This document shows, piece after piece, positions 1-11,582 of a stretch of DNA of 32,075 bases. The stretch is from Nemertoderma westbladi. Taxonomy: Eukaryota; Animalia; Xenacoelomorpha. The notes under the pieces were generated by a model. That model made no database searches. It had not been told where the DNA came from and was given only the letters and a program-made list of their open reading frames with translations. A program made the translations under genes and the position numbers. Where the stretch lies: positions 1 through 32,075 of the forward strand of contig JAUCBJ010008783.1 of the NCBI GenBank assembly GCA_032718475.1, read 5' to 3'. Position 1 is the stretch's first letter; each line of letters begins with the position of its first letter.

Positions 1-35
1 GCACAGCATTCTCAAAAATGCAGCTGCAATGCAGC
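1..35 (+). mobile_element. 3' tail of an RTE-like LINE copy (same family as 5548-6166), cut by the window edge
   Basis: gcacagcattctcaaaaatgcagctgcaatgca is nearly identical to 6127-6160 gcacagcattcttaaaaatgcagctgcagtgcaa. Confidence 0.75.
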
Positions 36-169
36 ATGCCGATCCTAGTAGGGCGATATAAAATTGTCCTGCCTTATTATAGTACGTAAGAATAATAAAG
101 ATACACCCCAAGGCGGGGTAAATTTGAAATGCAACCAGTAATAACACAAGTGTATATGCAAATAAGACC

Positions 170-1410
170 ATCATAAGAAATTATTAATAATAAAAAGTAA
201 GTAGCGCGAAATATTAGGTGGTGGATAACGTGGAGAGGGACGTGGACATGAAGTACAAATCAATGCGTGATACCGGTCGGAGTACGATATGGAGCAGTAC
301 AGGTAGACGCAGGTCTGCGAGAGAGCGGTACGAGCAGATGAGGTGGTGAGGTGGTGGTACCCGTGGGCGGTGGCGCGGGTCACCACATGGCGGTTTCGTT
401 AACCCGGCCGTCGCCAGGTCGACGACAGGAATGCCGGTCCTCTGCTGAGATCCCTCCCTCGGTCCCCTCCTCGGTCCCTCCGAGATAGAGTTTGATTCGC
501 GGTCGGCGTGAAATGCATTATATGTGTTGGCGATTTCAACAGGGATGACTCCCGGGAATTTCGCGATGAAATCGTTTACGAGGTGTAGGGCCACCGTGGA
601 CGAGGGGGACGTGTGGTTGGTTACCAAGCATCCGTTTCACATGGGTTGCTTACTTGCTTTCACTTTGTCGATATCCTTTATATTGGTTACAGTTAGAAAC
701 TTCGCAATTTCAATCATAGAGTACCGGGGATAGAGATTATCGGGGCGATTTTACCATTGAAGATTCTTAGGCCGGTTTCAATAGCAGCTCTAAATTGTTT
801 AAGTTGCATCCAATTGCACTATACGCCTTTTTCTTTCTCTTTATAATATGGCGAGAGAAACTGAGAGATGGCTGGAGGGTTACCCCCAGATACTCGTATT
901 CGTTAACTATTAGTAGGGGTCCACCATAGGTAAACTTATCTACGTTAGATAGGCGGCGGGCATTTCTGTATTTAATTACTTTCGTTTTAGTCAAATTAAC
1001 ATCCATTCCATTCGAGAGGCACCAATTATATAAAACATCTATAGAGCTTGCTGTATTGAGTTTCTACTGTTTGAATAAAATACCAGGTCATCGGCCGACG
1101 TAGAATATGAACTTCAGCTGCGCGACTAACTGACGTAATCGGGAGGCGAGGTCAGCAATAAATAAAATAAAGTAGGTCGGGGAGAAACAGTCCCCCTTGA
1201 GTATTCCACGCAACTGAATGATAATATTCGATAAACGAAGGCCATCAAACACTTGTATTCGGTTGTTGAATATGTTCCTGATGAGGTTATAGAGCTTACC
1301 ACGAATTTCAAAGTTGTATAATTTGGAGAAGTACTGCACGACTGACCATGTCAAATGCCTTCCTAAAGTCCTAAAGGCGACATAAACAAAACATGGCGGT
1401 CCGCTCGCGT
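170..1410 (-). mobile_element. Degraded non-LTR retrotransposon (LINE, CR1/L2-group-like) RT and C-terminal region
   Basis: Frameshifted fragments GKLYNLIRNIF...GILKGDCFSPTYFILFIADL; FY[gtcg]ADDLV, where a 4-nt insertion near 1097-1100 breaks YADD; VNLTKTKVI...EYEYLGVTLQPSLSF; then a Cys/His-rich HGYHHL...C..C...DRYH segment. Ends are approximate. Confidence 0.85.
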
Positions 1411-1764
1411 AAAGCGGCGCAAATAATATATAACAAGGCATTTAATTTGTCCATGATTACAGGCAGCTAATGTTTTAAACTGCTATAAAATGCAGTTAAT
1501 ATCTCAAAACGTTATCGCTTTACTTTTGTTTTAATAACTCATACCCCCACTAAATCTATTACTGCGTGGGTTGAAAATATTATAAAATTAACTTTATTAA
1601 TTAACTTAATTAAGTGGTATATTCTTGAAAAAAAAAACATAGAAAATTTTTTCTGTAAATGCCTCAAATATGAAAAATAGTGGTTTTGCGCAATGAAAAA
1701 ATTGAATTGCGGATAATGTGAGATATGGAGCCGATTTTGACGTCTTACGTGTATATTGGTGGTG

Positions 1765-2768
1765 GCGAATTCAATGGTAATGAAATTGAGTTGATACAAG
1801 TAATGCAACTACCATTTTTCGTGCGGGCACCAAAAATGGGTGCAGCAAAAAATTTTCAAAATTTGTATTTTTTTAAATATTCATTTTATAATCTATATTC
1901 CCGCGATTTATAGGTTTTCTGTGATTGTGAATTCAATGGTAATGAAATGGAGTTCATCCGAGTAACGCAACTACCATTTTTCAGGCGTGCACCAAAAGTG
2001 CGCGCAACACGAAATTTTCAAAATTATTTGTTTCGAAATATTCATTTTATGTAAATTATAATATATCAATTATTAGAGAAGGGAAGGGGGGGAAGGGGGG
2101 GGGGGGGGGGCTTAACGTATATCCCATCTCAGATAAATATAATTTCGGGCATAATAAAATAACTTATTCTAAGAAGGGTTGATAGTAAAGCTGGAAGGAA
2201 GGGTCAAGGTTGAACGTCAATGAAATAATTGCTGATGCTGACAAATATAAAATAGTGTTGTTGATAATTTGCTATAAGTATTCTTGTCTGCAGGATAAAT
2301 TATTGATGGGGCTGAAAGCTGCTACTTCGAAATTGATTTGTTACCTGTCACATTATGTTTACATTGATATGCCCAGTGTTTGTCTGTGGAGACTGTACTA
2401 CTACTAATATAATTATGTTATCTCCTCCCTATCTTTGAAAATATTTATTTATATAAAAGGCATTTGCGTTACTCAGATGAACTCCATTTTATTACCATTG
2501 CATTCATAATCACAGAAATATAGATCATACAATGTATATTTAAAAAATAAATTTTGAACATTTCGAGTAGCGGATGCTCCCACTTTTGGTGCACGCATAA
2601 AAAATGGTAATTGCGTTACTCCTATGAACTTCATTTCAATTTCATTAAATTCGCGATCTTAGAAAACCTATAAATCGCGGGAATATATGTCAAATTAATG
2701 ATAATTTCGAAACAATCTATTTTGAAAAGTTCGTGTAGCACCCAATTTTGGTGCCCGCACGAAAAATA
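1765..2768. mobile_element. Foldback-like element: inverted arms built of ~145-160 bp tandem subunits
   Basis: 1814-1843 atttttcgtgcgggcaccaaaaatgggtgc versus the reverse complement of 2739-2768; 1898-1920 versus 2661-2683; 1916-1970 versus 2464-2517; unrelated spacer at ~2050-2460. Confidence 0.65.
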
Positions 2769-2932
2769 CCTGCTAGGCCTCCGAACTAAACATTAGATAT
2801 ATTGTACTCAACTCCACATCCAAAAAAGCGATATAGAATAGGATTTGTAGGGTTTTGGGCAACTTCATAATTTACTCTATAATTTTTTATTATAAAACGA
2901 CCCCCCCCCCCCCCCCCCCCCCCCAGGGTAGA

Positions 2933-3412
2933 TAGGGTTAAACGTGATCCCGATCCCGAAAGATCAGGACCCGGTAATAAATGTAATCCCGGTCCTGATC
3001 CCGACTTTTTTGGAACGAATTCCCGGAGTTAAATAATAAATTTTTTGAATATCTGATAAAGAATTGCACAGTGGAACAGAAATGAAAATATATCGAATTA
3101 ATATGTCAGTAATCCATGGCCATTAACAATAAATTAATTTTTAATACAATTTTACCTCAACTAATATTTCAGATAGCGGAATAAAGTGATTATAAAGTTG
3201 CCCAAAACCTGTTCCACATGTACATACATACATACATACACACATACATAAATACATACACCTATACAGTATACACCGCAACATACAGTGGAATCTTTTA
3301 AGGAAATTCAATACAAAATTGCAATCCCGATCGCGAAAATTGGGATCCCGAGAGTGGCATTCATGGTCCCGATGCCGAAAATCACCAAAAGTCGAATCCC
3401 GTTTAAACACTA
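2933..3412. mobile_element. Possible decayed hAT-like MITE with GATCCCG/CGGGAT subterminal motifs and an internal (CATA)n microsatellite
   Basis: Left end tagggttaaacgtgat versus reverse complement of right end tagtgtttaaacgggat; repeated atcccg motifs at both ends; CATA repeats at ~3222-3260. No TSD seen. Confidence 0.4.
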
Positions 3413-4154
3413 TTTTTAGTATCAGAACAAGGGTATAAGATATAGAAATAAGCGTTTTAAAACACTTTTAATATGGAGAAATTTAACAAAATAACAATTA
3501 TTCATTATATAAAATTCAAATAAAAATTCAACCCAAAAGTGAAAACCTGGTATTCGTGACGGCGACGGGCGATTTACAGGCAGGACACAGAGTTTTTGGC
3601 AAATTAAAGCTGAACTAGATTAAACATTACCACCACGAAATTCTCGGCCCAAGATGATCTTAGAAAATATATTATTTTCCATATTTAGGTTAAGTTCCCT
3701 TTTTATTATTGTTTTTGGTTGATTCTTTTCTGTGTTTTATCGTAGGGTTGGTTAGGCTTAGGGTTACATAACAATTTACACTACCTGGTGGTAAAACATG
3801 TTGTACCCACCTAGTCTGAGAGACGAGCATCATGGGTTTTTTTATTTTATTTTATTTGGCGCTGTCAGCGCCATCGACCAAAATTAATATGACGCCCCCT
3901 GGTCCCTAGAAACTATTTAGGATTATTATTTCCTGTATTTTTTCAAATTCATATTTTTTATTTTAATTCAATTGACGAAAGTTAATTTAAAAAATGTTTC
4001 ATTCCAATAATATAAATATTGAATCCTATCTATTTAATTTGTTTAATACCGATACTGTATTAAGTGGGAATGCAATTAATTAACTCCAATTGGCGATTTT
4101 AAAATTATTGGTAATTGATTGAGACAGATGCATTTAAATGTATAATTAATTTAA

Positions 4155-4459
4155 GTACCGTTCACATCCAACGGAATGGTACACCCCGCGGTGTACCGCA
4201 GGGCCAGTGGTACACCGCTGACTGTGAACGACCCAACAGGTAGTTGGGCGCTAAACCGCGCGGTTTACCGCAGCCCATTTAAACAATGATTAAACAATTA
4301 ATGTAATTTCCTGTTGAATTCACAGTCGACAGATAGACAATCAGTTACCGCAACGGTACCGTTGGGTGTGAACGGGCTCCGGGTAGTGTACCGCTGGCTT
4401 ACCGCTTCAATACCGCCAGACTACTTTAACGTTGACGCACCGTTGGATGTGAACGGGGC
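4155..4459. mobile_element. MITE with ~20-bp TIRs flanked by TTAA (PIF/Harbinger- or TTAA-targeting type)
   Basis: ttaa|gtaccgttcacatccaacgg ... ccgttggatgtgaacggggc|ttaa; additional internal TIR-like copy at 4358-4376. Confidence 0.8.
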
Positions 4460-5023
4460 TTAAGGCATATTTAATTTAAATAGATAATTAATTGAACTGA
4501 AAGCAATGTTGCCAAACAAATACTGGTCATTTGCAATTTTCAAAGAAAACCACTCTCAACATACTCCCAGATTAAAATAAATGGTTAAAATAATAATGAT
4601 TTCTAGTTCTGCCGTATGCCATGCAATGAACAATATCAACGTTTGGTTACCAATTTCAGTAAATTGTTAGGCAGTGAAATTATGTAAATATTTTATCTAA
4701 CTTTTTTTATAATAATTGCAATTAATTGATAGATAATATTTCCAAATTTGATTGAGACCATCGATGCAATTAAATTGCAATCAATTTCTGACAGGCCCTG
4801 CTGTACTGTTAGCAGAGTTATGGACCCTTGAGAATCTATGAGAAATCCACATGGCGTTGTGATGGAGATGACGACAAAAAAACCCTGGTCACGAGGCACC
4901 ATTAGTAACATGGTAGAATATATTTGAGGTAGTATTATACTTGTCTGATACACCGGCATATTTCAAAGCCAACAATATTATCTCAATAAGAAAGAATACA
5001 GCGACCATTCGGGTACGACTTAC

Positions 5024-5264
5024 TGATTCGCATAACAACCACAACTCGGTAAGGAGGTCAGTGGCCCCACCGACGAAGAGTTTGATCTTGAATTTATTCT
5101 GCGGGATGTTGACTTCCGGGACTACCTCGGCACCCCGGAGGTTGTAGCAACCAATAGGAGCGGAGTGTCGGTCCTCGCGACTGCGGTAGTACATCAGCGC
5201 AGTGTCACGGAACACAAAGTACAGTCGCTTCTTACTCGCCGCCTTCAGCATCAACCTCTTCGGT
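5024..5264 (-). CDS. FERMT: Kindlin/fermitin internal exon (PH domain)
   Basis: tttcag|A CCG...GAA TCA|gtaagt; 241 nt, PKRLMLKAASKKRLYFVFRDTALMYYRSREDRHSAPIGCYNLRGAEVVPEVNIPQNKFKIKLFVGGATDLLTELWLLCES. Matches kindlin PKKLTLK...[22 protein letters not shown]...EIWLRCD. Confidence 0.95.
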
Positions 5265-5547
5265 CTGAAAGATAATAATGCGACGTTAGTTAGCGACACA
5301 CATTCCCGGAATATATATTTATACAACGGGAGTTATTGTTATTATACATAAACTAAGAGAGAAATGTAAGTAAGCCGATACAGAAGCAAATTCCGGCAAT
5401 AAATCCCAATAATAGATTATGTATCATGGTTGGCCGGGTTTATCAGTGAGTCTGCCTTTATATTGCACCTTAGTGCAGGCTGATCGCGTCAGCGACATTT
5501 ATTGTACGTGCTGATTCTAGTAGTTTGTTACATGCTCAAAAGATGGT

Positions 5548-6166
5548 ATGCTTGAGCATGTGGACGACTTCTGTTACCTGGGATCATGGATCCGGAAGTC
5601 AGGTGAGGACCTTCGGATACGTAAGGGAAAGGCATGGGCATCCTTGAATAGGCTTTCCAGGATTTGGAAGTCACCGAGAATTAATCGGAAAGTTAAGGTC
5701 CGATTATTTAGAGCAGCAGTAGTTCCAGTACTCCTCTATGGGAGTCCATGCTGGGCTCTAACTGCTGAGGACACCAAATCTCTGGACGGCACATTCACAA
5801 GAATGCTACGCCGGGTTCATTGTGTCAAGTACAATGCACACATCTCCAACCAGACACTATATAACATTGGAGGTGTCTCATTGGTTCCCCCAAGCTTGAC
5901 ATTAAAACAAAATCGCCTCCGCTTTGCAGGACATTGCTTTCGCCGTGAGGACCAGCCAGTGCATAATCTTGTACTTTGGCAGCCTCATGGAGTGAATAAG
6001 CATGGTGGACAGCCCATGACTTTCTTGAGACGCATCTTAAAGGACACTGGCCTTGAAGATGCGGATGATCTAGCAAATGTCATGGGTGATAGGGAGTTGT
6101 AGCGTCACAATTTTGTCGACAAGCCGGCACAGCATTCTTAAAAATGCAGCTGCAGTGCAATGCAAT
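5548..6166 (+). mobile_element. 5'-truncated RTE-clade LINE (post-RT C-terminal ORF plus TGCAG/TGCAA tail), antisense in a kindlin intron
   Basis: Uninterrupted 184-aa frame: LEHVDDFCYLGSWI...RIRKGKAWASLNRLSRIWKS...KVRLFRAAVVPVLLYGSPCW...RLRFAGHCFRR...MGDREL*R, then a short tandem tail. Confidence 0.9.
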
Positions 6167-6447
6167 TAATTAATTATCAGTTTAATTAATGCAGGGTAAG
6201 ACGCATCCACGATTTACTAAATCAAAATTAAATAATCAAATTTACATGCCCCCATCGAAAAACAGTAAAACAGCTTAATTAGAATCATAGATAATGTTTA
6301 TTGAATTCAATACGAAATACTGACTGACGCTGATTTCATATTTGTTTTACGTAGAAAACGAAAACTTCAAAAAATTTAATTCGTAAAAAAATTGTGCCCA
6401 GTGCAGTGCAGTAGAAACAATACCGATGACGCAAATAATATACGTAC

Positions 6448-6629
6448 TTCACCATCCTCAAGTAATCAGAGAGTTCTGGTATTGAGGAAATATCGCTCCT
6501 TCTCTTAGCACTGCCTCCACCACCCTCGAGGATGATCTCCAGGTCATTCAAGGCCGCGTCAATGTCGTCGGTAATGTCACCGTTGGTCAGATCATTCTGT
6601 GGTACAGTAGACTGCAGGTTGGTTTGCAA
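6448..6629 (-). CDS. FERMT: Kindlin/fermitin internal exon (F2 helix region up to start of PH domain)
   Basis: tttag|TTG...GTG AA|gtacgt; 182 nt, [60 protein letters not shown](K). Matches kindlin VDAALSDLEITLEGG...DITSIPELADY. The phase-2 end joins the next exon as AA+A = Lys. Confidence 0.95.
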
Positions 6630-6705
6630 CTAAACAAATACAATGATGGTTTAATTTAATTTCCTAACTGTGCTCACAGTTAAGGCCAGATTACAAACAC
6701 CTAAA

Positions 6706-9700
6706 CTATTCCTTGACTCAGACATTTCCTGTCCAGTAAACCACTACTGTAGCAATTCCTTGACTCAGACGTTTCCTGTCCAGTAAACCACTACTGTAGC
6801 TATTCCTTGACCCAGACGTTTCCTGTCCAGTAAACCACTACTGTAGCTATTCCTTGACTCAGACATTTTCTGTAAGGTAAACCACTACTGTAGCAATTCC
6901 TAGACTCAGACATTTCCTGTCCAGTAAACCACTACTGTAGCAATTCCTTGACTCCGACATTTCCTGTCCAGTAAACCACTACTGTAGCTATTCCTTGACC
7001 CAGACGTTTCCTGTCCAGTAAACCACTACTGTAGCAATTCCTTGACTCAGACATTTCCTGTCCAGTAAACCACTACTGTAGCTATTCCTTGACCCAGACG
7101 TTTCCTGTCCAGTAAACCACTACTGTAGCAATTCCTTGACTCAGACATTTCCTGTCCAGTAAACCACTACTGTAGCTATTCCTTGACCCAGACGTTTCCT
7201 GTCCAGTAAACCACTACACTGTAGCTATTCCTTGACTTAGACATTTCCTGTCCAGTAAACCAATACTGTAGCAATTCCTTGACTCAGACATTTCCTGTCC
7301 AGTAAACCACTACTGTAGCAATTCCTAGACTCAGACATTTCCTGTCCAGTAAACCACTACTGTAGCAATTCCTTGACTCAGACATTTCCTGTCCAGTAAA
7401 CCACTACTGTAGCAATTCCTTGACTCAGACCCAGACGTTTCCTGTCCAGTAAACCACTACTGTAGCAATTCCTTGACTCAGACATTTCCTGTCCAGTAAA
7501 CCACTACTGTAGCTATTCCTTGACCCAGACGTTTCCTGTCCAGTAAACCACTACTGTAGCAATTCCTTGACTCAGACATTTCCTGTCCAGTAAACCACTA
7601 CTGTAGCAATTCCTTGACTCAGACATTTCCTGTCCAGTAAACCACTACTGTAGCTATTCCTTGACCCAGACGTTTCCTGTCCAGTAAACCACTACTGTAG
7701 CAATTCCTTGACTCAGACATTTCCTGTCCAGTAAACCACTACTGTAGCAATTCCTTGACTCCGACATTTCCTGTCCAGTAAACCACTACTGTAGCTATTC
7801 CTTGACCCAGACGTTTCCTGTCCAGTAAACCACTACTGTAGCAATTCCTTGACTCAGACATTTCCTGTCCAGTAAACCACTACTGTAGCAATTCCTTGAC
7901 TCAGACATTTCCTGTCCAGTAAACCACTACTGTAGCTATTCCTTGACCCAGACGTTTCCTGTCCAGTAAACCACTACTGTAGCAATTCCTTGACTCAGAC
8001 ATTTCCTGTCCAGTAAACCACTACTGTAGCAATTCCTTGACTCCGACATTTCCTGTCCAGTAAACCACTACTGTAGCGATTCCTTGACTCAGACATTTCC
8101 TGTCCAGTAAACCACTACTGTAGCAATTCCTTGACTCCGACATTTCCTGTCCAGTAAACCACTACTGTAGCAATTCCTTGACTCAGACATTTTCTGTCCA
8201 GTAAACCACTACTGTAGCAATTCCTTGACTCCGACATTTCCTGTCCAGTAAACCACTACTGTAGCAATTCCTTGACTCCGACATTTCCTGTCCAGTAAAC
8301 CACTACTGTAGCAATTCCTTGACTCAGACGTTTCCTGTCCAGTAAACCACTACTGTAGCAATTCCTTGACTCAGACATTTCCTGTCCAGTAAACCACTAC
8401 TGTAGCAATTCCTTGACTCAGACATTTCCTGTCCAGTAAACCACTACTGTAGCTATTCCTTGACCCAGACGTTTCCTGTCCAGTAAACCACTACTGTAGC
8501 AATTCCTTGACTCCGACATTTCCTGTCCAGTAAACCACTACTGTAGCAATTCCTTGACTCAGACATTTTCTGTCCAGTAAACCACTACTGTAGCAATTCC
8601 TTGACTCCGACATTTCCTGTCCAGTAAACCACTACTGTAGCAATTCCTTGACTCCGACATTTCCTGTCCAGTAAACCACGACTGTAGCGATTCCTTGACT
8701 CAGACATTTCCTGTCCAGTAAACCACTACTGTAGCAATTCCTTGACTCAGACATTTCCTGTCCAGTAAACCACTACTGTAGCTATTCCTTGACTTAGACA
8801 TTTCCTGTCCAGTAAACAACTACTGTAGCTATTCCTTGACTCAGACATTTCCTGTCCAGTAAACCACTACTGTAGCTATTCCTTGACTCAGACATTTCCT
8901 GTCCAGTAAACCACTACTGTAGCTATTCCTTGACTTAGACATTTCCTGTCCAGTAAACAACTACTGTAGCTATTCCTTGACTCAGACATTTCCTGTCCAG
9001 TAAACAACTACTGTAGCTATTCCTTGACTCAAGACGTTTCCTGTCCAGTAAACCACTACTGTAGCTATTCCTTGACTCAGACATTTCCTGTCCAGTAAAC
9101 CACTACTGTAGCAATTCCTTGACTCAGACATTTCCTGTCCAGTAAACCACTACTGTAGCTATTCCTTGACTTAGACATTTCCTGTCCAGTAAACAACTAC
9201 TGTAGCTATTCCTTGACTCAGACATTTCCTGTCCAGTAAACCACTACTGTAGCTATTCCTTGACTCGGACATTTCCTGTCCAGTAAACCACTACTGTAGC
9301 TATTCCTTGACTTAGACATTTCCTGTCCAGTAAACAACTACTGTAGCTATTCCTTGACTCAGACATTTCCTGTCCAGTAAACAACTACTGTAGCTATTCC
9401 TTGACTCAGACATTTCCTGTCCAGTAAACAACTACTGTAGCTATTCCTTGACTCAAGACGTTTCCTGTCCAGTAAACCACTACTGTAGCTATTCCTTGAC
9501 TCAAGACGTTTCCTGTCCAGTAAACTACGACTGTAGCGATTCCTTGACTCAGACATTTCCTGTCCAGTAAACCACTACTGTAGCAATTCCTTGACTCAGA
9601 CGTTTCCTGTCCAGTAAACCACTACTGTAGCAATTCCTTGACTCAGACATTTCCTGTCCAGTAAACCACTACTGTAGCAATTCCTTGACTCAGACATTTC

Positions 9701-10897
9701 CTGTCCAGTAAACCACTACTGTAGCTATTCCTTGACCCAGACGTTTCCTGTCCAGTAAACCACTACTGTAGCAATTCCTTGACTCCGACATTTCCTGTCC
9801 AGTAAACCACTACTGTAGCAATTCCTTGACTCAGACATTTCCTGTCCAGTAAACCACTACTGTAGCTATTCCTTGACCCAGACGTTTCCTGTCCAGTAAA
9901 CCACTACTGTAGCAATTCCTTGACTCCGACATTTCCTGTCCAGTAAACCACTACTGTAGCAATTCCTTGACTCCGACATTTCCTGTCCAGTAAACCACTA
10001 CTGTAGCAATTCCTTGACTCCGACATTTCCTGTCCAGTAAACCACTACTGTAGCAATTCCTTGACTCCGACATTTCCTGTCCAGTAAACCACTACTGTAG
10101 CTATTCCTTGACCCAGACGTTTCCTGTCCAGTAAACCACTACTGTAGCAATTCCTTGACTCAGACATTTTCTGTCCAGTAAACCACTACTGTAGCAATTC
10201 CTTGACTCCGACATTTCCTGTCCAGTAAACCACTACTGTAGCTATTCCTTGACCCAGACGTTTCCTGTCCAGTAAACCACTACTGTAGCAATTCCTTGAC
10301 TCCGACATTTCCTGTCCAGTAAACCACTACTGTAGCAATTCCTTGACTCCGACATTTCCTGTCCAGTAAACCACTACTGTAGCAATTCCTTGACTCCGAC
10401 ATTTCCTGTCCAGTAAACCACGACTGTAGCTATTCCTTGACCCAGACGTTTCCTGTCCAGTAAACCACTACTGTAGCAATTCCTTGACTCCGACATTTCC
10501 TGTCCAGTAAACCACTACTGTAGCTATTCCTTGACCCAGACGTTTCCTGTCCAGTAAACCACTACTGTAGCAATTCCTTGACTCCGACATTTCCTGTCCA
10601 GTAAACCACTACTGTAGCAATTCCTTGACTCCGACATTTCCTGTCCAGTAAACCACTACTGTAGCAATTCCTTGACTCCGACATTTCATGTCCAGTAAAC
10701 CACTACTGTAGCAATTCCTTGACTCCGACATTTCCTGTCCAGTAAACCACTACTGTAGCTATTCCTTGACCCAGACGTTTCCTGTCCAGTAAACCACTAC
10801 TGTAGCAATTCCTTGACTCAGACATTTCCTGTCCAGTAAACCACTACTGTAGCTATTCCTTGACTTAGACATTTCCTGTCCAGTAAACAACTACTGT
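6706..10897. repeat. 47-bp tandem satellite, ~89 copies
   Basis: Unit TTCCTTGACTCAGACATTTCCTGTCCAGTAAACCACTACTGTAGCAA; period 47 (ccttgac at 6711 and 6758); highly homogeneous. Confidence 0.98.
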
Positions 10898-11199
10898 TGC
10901 AGCAAACAATAGAAATGAAAAATCATTGGAAAGTACTTCAAATGTGACTCAAACCCGCTACTGTACTATTATAGTAATACACACGATTAAAGGAGAAAAA
11001 AAATGTGAAAGGGAAGGAAAAATAAGACAAAGTTAACTCATTGGCGAAATAATGTTGCCATTTATTTACTATGGGAAAGGCGCGGTTCATATCGAATGGC
11101 ATTGAGTTCTAAGAAAAATTAAAATTATTTTCGATTTCGTATTAATCCGAATTAATCAATAGGGCAATACTACCGGTACCTGTAAGTACCGGTACGTAC

Positions 11200-11307
11200 C
11201 TGTAAGGCTGCAAACATAAACATTTCTTCATCCGTGCAGTCCATCTCCTCTGATAAGATCGACCATTTGGCTTGTTCGTATATCTGGTTAATTCTAATTG
11301 TATCGCA
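11200..11307 (-). CDS. FERMT: Kindlin/fermitin internal exon (FERM F2 N-terminal part); its reading frame is missing from the ORF track
   Basis: tttcag|TGC...TTA CAG|gtacgt; 108 nt, phase 0/0, [36 protein letters not shown]. Matches kindlin [36 protein letters not shown]. Confidence 0.96.
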
Positions 11308-11582
11308 CTGAAACACAAAATAAACAATTTGTATTTCTAAAAAATAAAGTAAAGAAGCGTTTAAAAAAAGTCAAGTAAAGTAAAATTAAAACCTCTCCAG
11401 GAGAAAATCGAAGCAAATAACAGCTGATCACTCGCTAAAATAAAACTGCAACCTGTTATATAGACTTTAGTTTATTGTAGAATAGCATTAGAATAACATG
11501 ACATGTATTAGTAAGTTCGTAAAAATTGAAATTTGAATTCCCCGCCAATTTTATTCAGATTTTTCTGAATTGCAGTTTTCTA

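Noticed and set aside
1825-1842. ggcaccaaaaatgg resembles the satellite core ggcaccaacaaaatgg
   Set aside because: Too short and A-rich to support common origin.
3742-3767. TTAGGG-like motifs here and at ~23190-23208
   Set aside because: Only 2-3 degenerate units, too short to call interstitial telomeric sequence.
4889-5326. 145-aa ORF as a standalone gene; likewise 6336-6629 and 16231-16458
   Set aside because: Only the splice-bounded cores match kindlin; the extensions are intron read-through.
6706-10897. 47-bp array as a CRISPR array or coding repeat
   Set aside because: Head-to-tail units with no spacers and no long ORF.
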